From NCBI RefSeq assembly GCF_009914755.1, contig NC_060927.1: DNA of 64,000 nucleotides; one strand, written 5' to 3'. Below the pieces are notes generated by a model. That model saw nothing but the letters and a program-made list of their open reading frames with translations, searched no databases and had not been told where the DNA came from. Each line of letters opens with the position of its first letter. Positions within the stretch are counted from its first letter, which is position 1. The position numbers and the translations under genes are program-made. Below are positions 29,403 through 51,520 of the stretch, in pieces. This DNA comes from the human T2T-CHM13v2.0 reference genome, Homo sapiens.

Positions 29403-29785
29403 TGCACTAGTCAGCTTGGGCTGACATAACAAAATACCATTGACCAGTAGATTAAACAACAGACACAGGTGTGGAAGCTGGAAGTTCAAGTCAGGGTGCA
29501 ATCATTATTGGTTTCTTTCTGAGGCCTCTTCTTTTGGCTTGTAGACAGCTACCGTCTCACCATGTGATCACATAATATCTTCTTTTTGTTCACACTGGGA
29601 GCAAGAAAGCAAGCTCTCTGGTGATTTTTTTTTATAAGGACATTAATTCCGTCAAAAGGGCTCCACCTTCATGACCTTATCTAATTCTAATTACCTTCCA
29701 AAAGTCCCATCTCCAAATATCATAAAATTGGAAGTTAAGGCTTCAATATATAAATTTTGTGGGGGACATCAGTTTTCATCCCATA
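29403..29785 (-). mobile_element. MLT1A/MST-type LTR
   Basis: gggctgacataacaaaatacca...ccttcatgaccttatctaattctaattacc...ggcttcaatatataaatttt. Confidence 0.8.
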
Positions 29786-29884
29786 TGCCTTTTTAGAGTT
29801 GTACTTTAAATTATATGAGATGAAATATAAATGAAAGAAATTTGTATCTACAGTATTGTTGCTTTTTTGCTTGCTCGCTTTATT

Positions 29885-30183
<299 letters not shown>

Positions 30184-30920
30184 TTGTTTCATTTTTTTGT
30201 TTGTTTCATTTTTTTTTTTAACTCCTGCCCCAAGTACTGGCTTTCAGGGTTTGCTCTTTTTATTGTCATTAGTCTCTCACCTTTATATATTTAAAATGTC
30301 AGTAGATTTCAAATAAGTTATGACAAGTATATTCAATATAAATATTTGTATTTCATTTTAAAAGTTTGCAATTGCATCCCATTGTTTCTGAAGAATTGCT
30401 AGGTAAATACGGCTTCAGCTATTGTTTAAGCAATGTGTCTTCACAGAAATACTGGAGGTAACAGGCAATTAGAACAGCAAAACTAATGTATTCATATAAT
30501 TTATTTAAAATGTACACATTGCCCAAAGCCACTGGAACAATGTATGGAATGTAAGTTACAATACTTAAATGAAATCTTCCACCAGAGTGAAAAAAAAATA
30601 CTTACAGGATTAGCATATATGGAAACAGTAGACCAAAAATAAAAGTAAAAGTCTACTCTGATACAATGTTCACTTTATCATAAAAGTAGTTAAATTTCAG
30701 AGATAGTTTATATGCAGAAGATTATTATTAAAAGATGGATGTAGATTTTCAGCAAAAGAAGTACAGGTAATCTTAATTTTTATTTATTTTACTTAAATAT
30801 GATAAAACAAAATACTCACTGGTCAAATTATAAACAAACTATTAATCCTCTCGAATGTACTAGAAATTAATATAAACAGATTAAATACAATTTAATAAAT
30901 CACTGAAATAACCCCAAATA

Positions 30921-31239
<319 letters not shown>

Positions 31240-31502
31240 GATGGACTAACTTTAGAAAGAGAATGTCATAGAAAAATTGTTACTTAATATTTCCTAGGAG
31301 ATCTTTTTGTAACATTTCTCACTAGAGTTTAATCTACTTCATACTTCTGTGTAACTACTTCAGAAACGTTACTTTTAAATTTCCACTAACAAAAGGCTCT
31401 GGCTTAATTAAAGCACCAATCTAATAAATTTTCAATAATAGAGTGACTTAGAACATTTTTTAACAAAAGTAATGTTTTAATGAGTTTATGAAATAACTTT
31501 AT

Positions 31503-31970
31503 AATAGTTTGAATGATAAAAATATGTCCCAGTAGTAATACCTGGGACCAGTGAATGTTACCTTATTTGGAAAAAAGAGGCTTTGTGTATGTAATTCGTG
31601 AAGAATCCTAAGATAATGAGATGACTCTAGATTATCTGGGTGAGCCCTAACTTCAACAGCATTTTTTTTTTGAGTGAATCAGAGGTAGATATGCAAATTG
31701 AAAATGAAGACCCATTCACAGAGCAGGAGCTAATATGAAGCAAGAGACAAAGATTGAAGTGATGCGGCTCCCAGCCGAGAAACATCACTCACTGCCCGTA
31801 GCAACCAGAAGCTAAGAGAGAGACATAGAGCAGATTCTCCTCCCAAGCCTCTGATGAGAGTGTGGCTCTGCCGACACCTTGATTTTGAACCTCTCAAACC
31901 TAGGCTTTTGAGAGCACGTTTCTATTGCTTTAAACCATCAGATTTGTGGTGAGTTCATTTACAGCAGCCG
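31503..31970 (+). mobile_element. MLT1C/D LTR
   Basis: gaatgttaccttatttggaaaa...gattatctgggtgagccctaa...ctgccgacaccttgatttt. Confidence 0.8.
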
Positions 31971-32189
31971 TCAACTCTTTTTACTTATCTAAGTTCTTCA
32001 TGTGGATCAAACATTGGAAAGTGTTGCAATTTATTCTTAATTATATTCTGAAATCAGTGGAATGCTGATTACAACAGCTTTAATTCATTAATTTGCGTAT
32101 TCCTACCATCAATTCACATTCCCAGTGTTTATTAGAATGTTGCAACGAAATTAAATGGCATTTATTTTTATTTGGAGACATCTTCTCGT

Positions 32190-32640
32190 AGTATATAAAA
32201 ACAAAAGGGATTGTATGTAAAGAGATAAAAGTAAATTTTGGGGAATCAACAATAAGAATAAGTTTTAATTTATGTTAACATTATAAAAGGTAGATTGTAA
32301 GGCCAAAACACTTTAATAACGATAAAGAAGATAATAATATAATGACAAAAAAGAAGAATACTGAATTTGAGTGCACCTAGAAAAATATCTGAAAAATTAT
32401 ATTGGTCAGAATTTCAAAAACATGACAGTAATACTCATAGATTTTAGAATATTTCACTAAGAAATGTGACATGTAACTTCTTCATCAAGTAGAAAATTGA
32501 TATGAATAGAAAAGATTTGAACATCATCATTAACAAGCTGGACACAGTAGGTATCAATATATTAACAATCTAAAACTTAAAAGATATAAGTTCAATGCAA
32601 TAATACTGAAATCAGTTTAAAAGTATTTTTAAAATAATTT
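32190..32640 (+). mobile_element. Very old L1 ORF2 endonuclease fragment
   Basis: A-rich L1-like phrases (gataaagaagataataatataatgacaaaa; aaaagatttgaacatc). Confidence 0.45.
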
Positions 32641-32833
32641 ATGATATAAATTAACAAGTATCTAGAACTGAGATGCAATGACAAATCAGTCGTGCTACAT
32701 AAAACTGCTCATACCATATCACCTGAAAATTTTGCTTCTCCCTATACATCTGATATATCTTCTTGCAAATGTCCATTGAGAAAGTTACATAAAGTAATTT
32801 CTACTTTAAAATTGTTTTTGTTTAAAATGCAAA

Positions 32834-39449
<6,616 letters not shown>

Positions 39450-39995
39450 AAAATGTAAAAAATTAAATTGTCCTTTCATAGAAAATGGATTAATCCTATG
39501 TTATACAGAATTAAAATTAACAAAATAGTTCTACATAATTAATCATAAACTTCAAAATGTGAAAAATATTCAAAGTTATGGAAATTGATAGGTGTCACAT
39601 AAAATTTAAAAACATGCAAAACTTATTACTTAAATATTACATATAAGTTCAGCAGAATACCACAAAATAGGAGTGGTTTGTATTTCTGGACAGTCAAGTT
39701 AGCTGGAAAAATAGATTTGATGTTAGAATTTTAAACTGATTTCACAGTTTTTGTTCATATACATATATGCTAAATGTCTAATGTCTGTTTTAAATTAAAA
39801 AATGATCATGACAAAGTTTATACTATTGTTTTAAAAATTTTTGAATGTTAAATATTTATGTTAATTGATTTAAAATAAACAAAAAAATTGACTTGTGATT
39901 TATATTTTCTTAATTTTTAAAATTTTGAACAGGTCTGCCTTTCCTTCACATATAAAAACTGATAACTTGGCTTAGTCAAAATAATTGTAGCTTTT

Positions 39996-40341
<346 letters not shown>

Positions 40342-40537
40342 CTAGACTCTGTATTGCTCAATTATATTAGTCACTTTTAGATTTTTTAAAAATGTGGACT
40401 ATCTGTGTGTCATGCATAGATTGTCACCTATTTTATTGCCCCATGAGTACAAAATTTATTCTTTAAACTTTACACGCTTCACCTTGATATACACTGATGT
40501 CAATCACTCTTGCATTTTGCCTGGCACTTGGTGAGCC

Positions 40538-40836
<299 letters not shown>

Positions 40837-42942
40837 TGATGAAAACTTTTTATAAGCTGATTTAGACCTTTTTTTTTTTGCCAAAAAATTTATAATAACT
40901 AACTCTTTTCCTCTTGCTGTTTTTTAGAGCATTTTTCATTTTTTTAAACAGAGTTTGTGTTGCTCTGAATGTTACTAATTGGAAAGTATTTATTTGTATA
41001 AATTTTCCATTTTGTATATTTCCTTAATTTCAACTACATTTTTTTCTTAGCATCCATAGTATTATGATTATTATCTTTTGCACTAGAAAATGTCTGTATA
41101 GCTGCCTTATGGTGATTTTTTCCATGTTTATTCATCTTTAATTAGATTATTAAACAATCCATTCCTTTTAAATGGGAGCTACATGTAATTTAGATTACTT
41201 TTGTTTTTATGTAGTGGGCTCCTAAGTGCTACCGGATTTTTATTTATTTTAAATCAAAAGTCTCATTGGTTTTTATTGCTTCTACATGTTCATTTGGCAT
41301 ATTTGCAGTTCTAAATATTAAAGTCTAGTGACTTAAAAGACAATATCCTGGTCATACTATGAATATATTTATGAGAGTAAGAGTTTATGTATGAATACTC
41401 TGAGAATATTTAAAGCAATACTTTGTAAGGAATTTTGAATTAAAATTTATAGCCAGCAAGTCCTACCTATGACTTCTTGAGGTTTAACATTTTCTCCTTC
41501 AAACTTCTTTTCCTTGGAAATGAAAACTTTCCTTAAATCATTTTTGTTGTAATATTCATTGAATAGGTTGAAATACAGCCTAAAATTATTTAAGTACAAA
41601 TATGTTAGTGGGCCTTATTCAGGAGTGAAATTCTTTACTGTCTTGGAAAGCAGTTAGAAAGCTGGTTTCTTTTTCAGGTTTATCCTTTCCAAGGAGAGAG
41701 ATATGAATTGATCAAAACTGCATACTGATTTTTTTCCCCAATGGCTTAATACATATTTCTGGTTTTGATTCTAAAAATTTTTCATCTTGACATGCAGTCT
41801 ATTAGACAATTTTCTTTTTAATTTTTAGGGCTATTGAAATTTGCATCACTAATATTCTTTTCCTTAATCCTTCAACGGGAAGATTTTATAGAGTACATCA
41901 GAACTTTTAGTCAATTCGACCTCAAATTGTAGAGATAACACTTAGTTTCACATTTATGTATCAACTTGTTCTTATATTTTCAACTACTCAAAAGCAGGGA
42001 TCATTTCCTCTCACATTTGTTGCTTTGATTTTAGTGTTTAGTGCAGTGGATACACGTGGTAAACTCTTAATAATTTTTGTTTCTGAAAGTAAATATTAAT
42101 TTCATGTTATCATAATCGGAATAAAACTAATAGGTAATTGAAATATGAAAACCAATTGACATTAAATTTACATCTCTGGTTAGTTCCTAGATCTCTGTCA
42201 GTATAATTGACTTCTGATTGACAATTATGTAAAACAATAGTAGTAGAATTCTATTTATTTATTGTCTATAAATAGAATATGAAATATATTTAAAATAGGA
42301 TATAAAATAGATTACATTCTAAAAAGAAACAAAATTTTACAATGCTTTAGGCCAACAAAACACATACAATTGTAATGACGTGTTATTCCGTTTAGCACAC
42401 CAATTTGTTATCTAAGTTCTGCAATATTTTTATCAATCTTATAAAAACTGCAAAGGAGAGATTAGAAAAATAATTAATTTCACCTTCAAATTATCTAAAA
42501 TGATAGAGACTAGAAATTCCACTTTTATGGTGTCCTAGAACAATCTAATAAAAATGGTCATAGTTACTAGTCTGTATAACAATAAACCAAAAGAGTGTGT
42601 GTAAACTTGTGTATATTGAAAAATTCAGTGAAGGCAACTGAGATGAATTTTCAGCAAAACAATATTGAAATCAAATTATAAATCAAGAAATTGTTTTGTA
42701 CAGTGTAATACATCCTATTAAAGTGGGATGATAAAACTGCTGAGAGAAAACATGGAGAAGCAGAATATACCTGTGTTTCACCAGTGCTGGCCTCCAAGAA
42801 AGTTGCACAAAGAAAGATTTTAGTACTTTCAGCAGCTCTCTGTAAATTGGAGATGGTTACATAAAGCTATTATAATTGTATACAACTAGACATTAATATC
42901 ATTCTGATTTATCTGATTTGATTATATATTTATTAACAAACC

Positions 42943-45147
42943 TGTATTTGTCTGTTTTAATGCTGCTAATAAAACATATGTGCAAATGGGTTATTTATAA
43001 AGAAGTTTAATTAACTCACAGTTCCACATGGCTGGAGAGGCCTCATAATCATGGCAGAAGGCAAATAAGAAGCAAAGGCATGTCTTACATGGTGGCAGGC
43101 AAGAGGACTTGTACAGGGTAACTCTCATTTCTAAAACAATCAGATCTTGTTAGACTTATTTACTACCATGAGAAAAGTATGGAGGAAACCACCCCTATGA
43201 TTCAATTGTCTCCACCTGGCCCTGGTCTTGACATGTAAGGATTATTACAATTCAAGGTGAGCTTTGGATGGGGACACAGCCAAACCATATCATTTATCCC
43301 CTGGCCACTACCACATCTCATGTCCTCACATTTCAAAACCAATGATGCCTTCCCAACAGGCCCCCAAAGTCTTAACTCATTTCAGCATTAATTCATAAAT
43401 CTACAGTCGAAATTCTCATCAGAGACAAAGCAAGTCCCTTCTGCCTATGAACCTGCAAAATCAAAAGCAAGTTAGTTACTTCCTAGGTACAATGGGGGTA
43501 CAGGCGTTGGTAAAAACACCCATTACAAGTGGGAGAAACTGTCCAAACCTAAGAGTCTACAGGCCCCATGGAAATCCAAGATCCAGAGGGGCAGTCATAT
43601 AGTAAAGCTCCAAAATGATCTTCTTTGACTCCATGTCTCACATCCAGGTCACACTGATGAAAGAGGTGGGCTCCTATGACCTTTGGCAGCTCTGCCCCTG
43701 TGGTTTTGCAGTGTACAGGCCCCCTTCCGGCTGCTTTCATGGGCTGGCACTGAGTGTCTGTGGCTTTTCCAGGTGCACAGTGCAAGCTGTTGATGAATCT
43801 ACCATTCTGGGGTCTGGAGGATGTTGGCCCTCTCCTCCCTGCTCCACTAGCCAGTGCTCCAGTTGGGACTCTGTGTGGGGGCTCCAACCCCACATTTCCC
43901 TTCTGCACTGCCCTAGCAGAGGTTCTCCATAAGAGCTCCACCCCTGCAGCAGACTTCTGCCTAAACTTCCAGGCATTTTCATACATCCTCTGAATCTAGG
44001 CAGTCGTTCTAAGCCTCAATTACTCTCTTTTGCACACCCATAGGACAAAAAACACGTGGAAGCTGCCTAGTCCTGGGGGTTGCACCCTCTGAAGCAACAG
44101 CCTGAGCTGTATCTTGGCCCCTTTTGGCCACAGCTAAAGATGAAGCAGCTGGGCCACAGGGCACCATGTCCCAAGGCTGCATAGGGTAGGGGAGACCGGA
44201 GCCCAGCTCAGGAAACCAAATTTTCTCCTAGGTGGCTTGTGATGGGAGGGACTATCATGAAGTTCTCATTGTCTTGCTGAATAACACTCCTAGTTACTTA
44301 TGCAGTTTTTTTCTGCTGGCTTGAATTTCTCCCAAGAAAATGGGGTTTCTTTTCTATCACATAGTCAGGCTGCAAATTTTTCAAGTTTTTATGCTCTGTT
44401 TTCCTCTTGAATTCTTTGCTGCTTTGAAACTTCTGCCAGATACCCTAAATCATATCTCTCAAGTGCGAAATTCCACAAGTGTCTAGGACAGGGGCAAAAT
44501 ATCACCAGTCCCTTTGCATAGCAAGAGTGACCTTTAGTCCATTTCCCAACAAGTTCCTCATCTTCATCTGAGACCACTTCAGCCTCGACCTTATCGTCCA
44601 TATCGCTATCAGTATTTTGGCCAAAGCTATTAAACAAGTCTCTAGGAAGTTCCAAACTTTCCCACATATTCCTGTCTTCTCCTCAGCCCCCCAAACTGTT
44701 CCAACTTCTGCCTGTTATCCAGTTATGAAATAGCTTCCATGTTTTTGGGTGTCTTTACAGGAGCACCCCACTCTCTGCAGTAGCAATTTATTGTGTTAGT
44801 CTGTTCTTAACCTGCTAATAAAGACATATGCGAGACTGGGTAATTTATAAAGAAAACAGTTCTAATAGACTTGCAATTCCACATGGCTGTAGAGGCCTCA
44901 CAATTATGGCAGAAGGTGAAGGAGAAGCAAAGACATGTCTTACATGGTGGCAGGCAAGAGGGCTTGTGCAGGGGAACTCCCATTTATAAAACCATCAGAT
45001 CTTGTGAGACTTATTCGCTACCATGAGAACAGTATGGGGGAATCCAACCTTATGATTCAATTATCTCCACCTGGCCCTGCCCTTGACACATGGGGATTAT
45101 TACAATTGAAGGTGAGATTTTAGTGGGGACACAGCCACAACATACCA
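42943..45147 (-). mobile_element. Complete THE1 (B/C-like) MaLR: LTR 42943-43292, internal 43293-44791, LTR 44792-45147
   Basis: Two LTRs ending ggggacacagcc..cata(t/c)ca; internal ORF remnants 44389-44667 and 43549-43986. Confidence 0.95.
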
Positions 45148-45601
45148 CCTCCTAAATATAAATTTATATTATTTACAATTATTTCATTGAAGGGAAAAAT
45201 GTGGCGCAGTGAAGACTATTTTCTTTGCTTTATATAGGTCTCTTTTACAAGACATTAATAGATAGCATTTCAGCATAAGTATCGCTTTATTCAGTAAGGG
45301 TAAGAATATAAGAATGACAATTTCTATTTTTTCTCACAATGCTGATTTTCTTATTTATAAAAAGCTGAAGACCAGAAACTGTTTCCACACAAAAGTAATG
45401 CCTCAAGACGAGATCCCACCTTCATGTACAAATAGTGACTATAAGTAATAATACTTGTAAATCATATTATCTCTTTAAACAATACAGACTTTGATTTTAT
45501 TACTGTATTGAAGAGAACTTTGTTGCTGTTAAGTGCATACTACAGAAAACATGGTGTTCTAGGACTGAAAATTTAAAATGAGTTTTTCCTCTGTTATGTA
45601 T

Positions 45602-46178
45602 TGCAGGGAGAAATGATTTTATCTCTAGGTTTTTTGGCTAGGTTTTTTTGGCTAGGCCTGAGAATTAAATTTACATAAGACAGATAACAGGAGAAAATCA
45701 TACGAATGTATTTAAAACAAGATTTAATGGAAGAAAGAATAATTTGAAAATTCTGAAATTTGGCATGGGAACATTCATAAGGAAATGAACATCCAAAGAC
45801 AGATAGATTTGAGCACTTACATACACTTACATAGTAAATTGGACAAACAGTAGGAAATTTTGGAAATAAGTCAATGGAGCTTGGGCTACCCTAGTTAAGT
45901 GGATAGAGAAGAAATTAGAAAGATAAGAGTGAGTTCAACAAGTTTTGTTTGTACAGATTTCCCTCAGCCTCACCTTTCCAGCTTTTATAATAAGAATGAT
46001 ACTGATAATTTTCTATTGGTTTAGGGAGAACATCTTTCATATGGCAATTTCATTTCTTGCTTTTAAGAAGGAAGGTCAGAGTGTTCTTGGAACTGCTGTT
46101 TTACAACTACCTTTAACTTAAAATAGTCAGTATTCCAGGGAAGCGTGTTTTAGGGTGGTGTGTTCTAAACTTCTTCAA
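45602..46178 (-). mobile_element. ERV1 LTR (MER34/MER65/MER67-like)
   Basis: Ends gtgttttagggtggtgtgttctaaacttcttca; contains agacagataacaggagaaaa; small tandem duplication ctaggttttttgg. Confidence 0.6.
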
Positions 46179-46374
46179 TATTATGAAGTAAATTTAAGCA
46201 TGTCTTCTGTCTGCTCTCTAATCTCTATGTCAATAATATCTTTTCAATTTATTTCAAAGTGATGTCAAGATTTGCGAGTTAAAAAAACAAATATAATAAA
46301 TTTTGAAATGTGCTAGTGAAATGAAGAAAACCAATGCATGAAAATGCTAATGAATGGGCTTAATTCATTATTAT

Positions 46375-46662
46375 TTTTTTTTAGATGGCATCTCTTTCTG
46401 TTGCTCAGGCTGGAGTGCAGTAACGTGATCTTGGCTGACTGCAGCCTTGACCTCCTGGGCTCAAGCAATCCTCCTGCCTGTACCTCCCAAATAGATGATA
46501 CCACAGGTGGGTGCCACCACACTCAGCTAATTTTTGTATTTTTAGTAGAGACAGGGTTTCATCATGCTGCCCAGGCAGGTCTTGAACTCCTGACCTCAAG
46601 TGATCTGCCTGCCTCTGCCTCCCACAGTGCTGGGATTACAGGTGTGAGCCACTGAGTCTGGC
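46375..46662 (-). mobile_element. Alu (AluJb-like)
   Basis: Reverse Alu; degenerate TSD atgggcttaattcatt / atggtttaatccatt. Confidence 0.95.
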
Positions 46663-49600
46663 ATGGTTTAATCCATTTGATACAAATTTATCCTCTCGTT
46701 GTTTAAGATAGTCACCAATGATCTCCTCTTTGACTACTTTATTGAATAATCATTAAATTAATAGAGCATACAAATTATATTCAGGTCATTTAATTTTCCT
46801 TTTTTATTTTTCTTACTAGAGTATAAAAACAGTTACCAGAATACCATTAAGTACTAAGTTACTTTTATTGGTGATGAGACCAAAAGGAAAAAAAATATAC
46901 TATTGATATTGTCCAAATGACTTCAGAAAAATCTTGTAAGCCCTTGGGTGAATGGTTGCTGGTGATTAGAAAGCAATTCTGATAGGTATAGAGAAATAAA
47001 TCCAGAACTCAGTAGTTGATACTCAGGAACAGCCAGTTTGCATCCATAATTAGATTTGAGCAATTGTCAAAATGTAAACATAAGTAGTTGGAGCTTTTCT
47101 AAAACCTGCAGTGTTTCTACATATAGGCAGAGCACGGTGACGTTTCTCCCTCTGATCTAATTAGCAACAAGAAAATAAATTTAAAATATAAGGGAACAAA
47201 GAAGAATTTGAAAATTCTGTTATTCTTTGAATGTACTTGGTCATTTAGAGGTGAGTTCATATTAAGGCAAATTATTTTACAATAACAAAGGAACAAAGAA
47301 ATAGAACTGGCTAAGGTAATACATTTCTAGTTAAAGGCATCTCAAAAAATGGAAGGTAAGAACTTCTTTTATCGAGAAGCAAGATTTATTGGGCCATATA
47401 GTAAATTAAAGGAATAAGTCTAAAAACTTTATATCATTATGAAATGTCATTGTGAGAATCAAATTCTGTTGTTTTTTATTCCAACTATAAATAACATGTG
47501 TTGCTTTGCTTATTTAAAACATTAGTGGGTGAAATTTTTGTGTTCTTTAACATTTTTATACAACTGAAACTTTAAAATGTTTTGTGTCTAACTATATTTA
47601 TCTACTTTCCACCGAAATTTTTCCGACATGTTTATATTTAAGCACACCATTCTAATGCCACTGTAATTAAAAAACAAAGCAACATGGATGTTTTTCTGAC
47701 ATGATATTTGTTCCTCCACATATATTTATTAATTCAGTAAAGATCTTCCCAATGTAAAAATCCTCACTTAATCAAATTCAACTAAACTATTAGAATCATA
47801 TTTTAATCAATGATGCTTATCAAGAATGAAACTTACACATTTTGATCAAGGAAGGTAGAATATATTGGGAATCTATACAAATAGTACATATCAACACGAA
47901 AACCTGATGTAATATTCCAGTTTTGTTTAAAACACACACACACAAAGCACACACACACCCTTACCCCAAAGGTAAGAATTTGCCTTTTATTTTAGACTCA
48001 TAAGAATTAATTTTTAAGGATATTTTTAAATAAATAGGGGTTTAGTACATAACTCTACATTTTTAAATCTGTCTTCATATTCAGTAATCAGCCCACTTGC
48101 TTTTCAATTAGTTGAGGTTACACAGTTTCATTTAATATTTGAATTATTCAGTTTAGTTCAAGTAACAAATTCAGACTTAAATGTGCTCAAAGGGGTAGAA
48201 AAATTAATTGCAATTTAGAATGTAGCATTTACAAAAATATGTCCTCCAGCAGCCTGGAACTTAAAAATATTTGGGTTAAAATTTGAAAAGTTATTCATTT
48301 GAAGCTCCAAAAGTATGCCAAGTTTACAAAAATATTAAATAAACAATATTACTCATACATTACTTGATAATTTCATAATTTTTATTTATTTGCAAAGTGA
48401 GTGGCACAGGGACATAATAGGCATAACTTAAAAATACGTAATGTAAATATTACAGCACTGTAAACAATTTTTATGAAAGCATTAATAAAATACTATTTGT
48501 ATTTAGAAATGTATTTACAGATCAGCAGTCCAGTACATGAAGGTGTTCAGCATTGAAAATCACAACAATAGTGCAAGCTTACATGTTTTAGAGTACTTAC
48601 TATATGAGCTACTGTAATAGAAATTTTGCAATGTGCTAGAAAATGGTACTGCCTCCTTTTTATGTTTCAATAACGTGATGAAGTATGTACTATTATGTTT
48701 TCTAGAATGTGTGGATGTTGATATCATAAAACATTGTTTGGATAAAAAATCATACATTGTAAAGCATGCATGCCATTTATTATTTAAAATTAACAACAAA
48801 CCCAGATACATACATTGCATAGACAACATCAGACCAGATTTGAAAATCAGGAAGATAAGAATTAGAAAATAAAAATGACTTCCTTATGTACACATATCAA
48901 ACTCTCTAAAATTAAAAATCTAGCTTTATAATTTACATCTTGCTGTTATTACTGTCTAGACCACATTTGGAATAGTATTTAGTGCTGATTAATGCTAATA
49001 ACAATAATTAATGGTGAAAAATATAACCAATAGTATTTACTAAAGGGAAATATGGTTATTATTGATGTATCTTTATGATCAATTCATATTTAATATATTA
49101 TCAAATTTATAGAAATATCTACTTCAGTATTTTTCAATGAGAGATGGATTTTTAAAAATTATTATGCTGTGCCCTTACCTTTAGTTTATGGCAACACATT
49201 GCCTTTGATGGACTGTTTTTTTTTTCACCTATCGATCTTTGAATAATTAGAAGACATTGTACAATCAATGTGTTTATTTAGTGATTTATTGTGAGAGTGT
49301 AACCCCCCCATACACCATTTTAATAGAGATAACAAAAAGTTATTATAAGATTAATAATAATCCTCTGGTCTGTGGCATCTTAAAATTATAAAAATATAGT
49401 AATTCCTCTAAGTAGTGTTTTGCTTGTTCTTTGTTAGTTTTCTATCGGCTGAATTTATGCACTATAGAAAATTATGTAAACAATCTGCCAATTTATGGCA
49501 ATATTAGTTTTCTTTCTTTTTTAAATAAAATATTATATTAATTAGTTTATACTCACATAATGACTCTATTTCCTCTCAACTGACAGTGAGAATATAATAT

Positions 49601-50299
49601 TAGTAAAAGCCGTTCTTCCTATGCCCCCATATAATTATTCTTGGAACACCCTTGGCATGTATAAACATCTCCAGAATTTGCTTTGACTAATGCACAACTC
49701 TAGAAAAAAAATTATTTGAGGTAAGGTGTGAATTTGAATTTAACAGTGCAAGTAGAAGAATTTAGAGGAACTAATCAGGTTGCAGATGGGGGCATAATTA
49801 GTTTGCCAAGCATGTTATAAACTATTGAGAACAATTGTCAACGGCTCTTATTGAAAGTGGAAGGAAGGCTAACGTAGAGAAAAGTTTGATACAACTCTAT
49901 CCCATTTTAGGTAATCTGTTGGGATTGTATTATTACAGATAATGGTCTATCTAGGTACTTGTAATCCTGTGATACTATTTTCAAATAAGCAGAAATAATC
50001 TGTTTCTTACAAATATAAAATTTAACAAATATGAGAATAATCTAAAAGAAAGCACATCGCAAAAGTCTAGGATAAAGTTTCATGCATTGCTACTTTGTTA
50101 ACATTTCAAGCATAATAATAAACAAATCTTCCGAAAATTTTCTTTGCTTCACATATAAAAATGTACAGAAGTTAAATAATTTTATCCTTTATTTCCCATT
50201 ATTTTTGCGTCTTTTGGAATTAAATGCAAGCTAAAATAGATATAACTAGAACTTATTAAAACTACATCTTCAGAGTAATCCTGTTATCTAAAGTTTAAA

Positions 50300-50530
50300 T
50301 TTAAGGGAGGCAGAACTTTACCTATATTCATTTTAAATTCTCAGCTGGGGCTTTTTAACAAAAAGATTAACAAGAGAAAAATATGCCCCATGCAGGAGAA
50401 ATCTCAATGAACAGTAACTAAAAAAGATGGCTTAGAACCCCAACTTGTATAACTACTTTAACAAAGAATAATAAAGTTGTAGAGAAATGACAGGACAGAG
50501 AAAAACAGTTTTAGGCTTCCATAGCTGGAA
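50300..50530 (-). mobile_element. ERV1 LTR fragment (MER67-like)
   Basis: aacaaaaagattaacaagagaaaa...gatggcttagaac. Confidence 0.45.
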
Positions 50531-50622
50531 ACTTAAAACTCACCCATATTTTCACATTGTTCTTTTTCCCCAGAGACTTTAGCAAGCATCTCTTTATTTC
50601 TGTTGTCTCTGAGTTACAGATC

Positions 50623-51520
50623 TGTGAAGGCCAATTTTAGGTGTCAACTTGATTGGATTAAGGATACCTAGAAAACTTGTAAAGTATTATTTCTGGCTGT
50701 ATCTGTGAGGTTGTTTCCAGAGGACAGTGGTGAACTAAGTGGGGAGGGTCTGCCCTCAATGTGGCGTGGCAACATCCAATTGGCTGAGTCCAGATACAAC
50801 AAATAAGGCAAAGGAAAGGTGATCCTCTTTCTCCTCAAACTGGGCAATATAGATTGGCTGCGTCCCCACCCAAATATCATCTTGAATTCCCATAATCCCC
50901 ACATATCTTGGGAAGGACCTGATGGGAGGTAATTGAATCACGGGGGTGGTTACCTCCATGCTGTTCTCGTGATAGTGAGTTCTCACGAGACCTGACGGTT
51001 TTATGAGGGGCTTTTCCCTCTTTTGCTCAGCATTTCTCCTTGCTGCCGCCAGGTGAAGAAGGACGTGTTTGCTTCCCTTTCTGCCATGAATGTTTCCTGA
51101 GGCCTCTCCAGCCCTGTGGAAATGTGAGTCAATTAAACTTTTTTCCTTTATAAACAACCCAGTCTGGGATATGTCTTTGGTAGCAGTGTGGAAATTGACT
51201 AATAAAGTGGAAACTTCACAACTCCAGGTTGTCTATCCTCTGGGCTTCAGGACTTATATCAATGGTCCTCCAGATTCCTAGGCCTTCAGTATCAGACTGA
51301 GAGTTACACCACCAACTTCCCTGAGGCTTTCAAAAATGAACTGCTGGACACTAGCAGCATCCCTGGGTCTCCTGCTTGCTGATGGCCAGTCATGGAAATT
51401 CTCAGTTTACGTGAGCCGATTTCCCTAATATATATAATTTATGTATATATATGGATATATCCACATCTATATCCGTATTTATATCCTATTGGTTCTGTGA
51501 ATGTGGAGAATTCTAATACA
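50623..51520 (+). mobile_element. MLT2B-type ERVL LTR, interrupted by a THE1 LTR
   Basis: tgtgaaggccaattttaggtgtcaacttgattggattaagg ... tcctattggttctgtg...ctaataca, with the typical AT-rich tract. Confidence 0.88.
50845..51206 (+). mobile_element. THE1D/MSTA-like solo LTR
   Basis: ttggctgcgtccccacccaaatatcatcttgaatt...gtgagtcaattaaac...gactaata. Confidence 0.9.

Noticed and set aside
43549-43993. Overlapping ORFs on both strands
   Set aside because: GC-rich THE1 internal sequence is stop-poor; the same pattern appears at 13211-13865.
42938-45152. Recombinant THE1 suggested by mismatched 5-bp flanks (aaacc/cctcc)
   Set aside because: Both LTRs share the unusual acatatg(t/c)g variant, consistent with one insertion; TSD decay is the simpler explanation.
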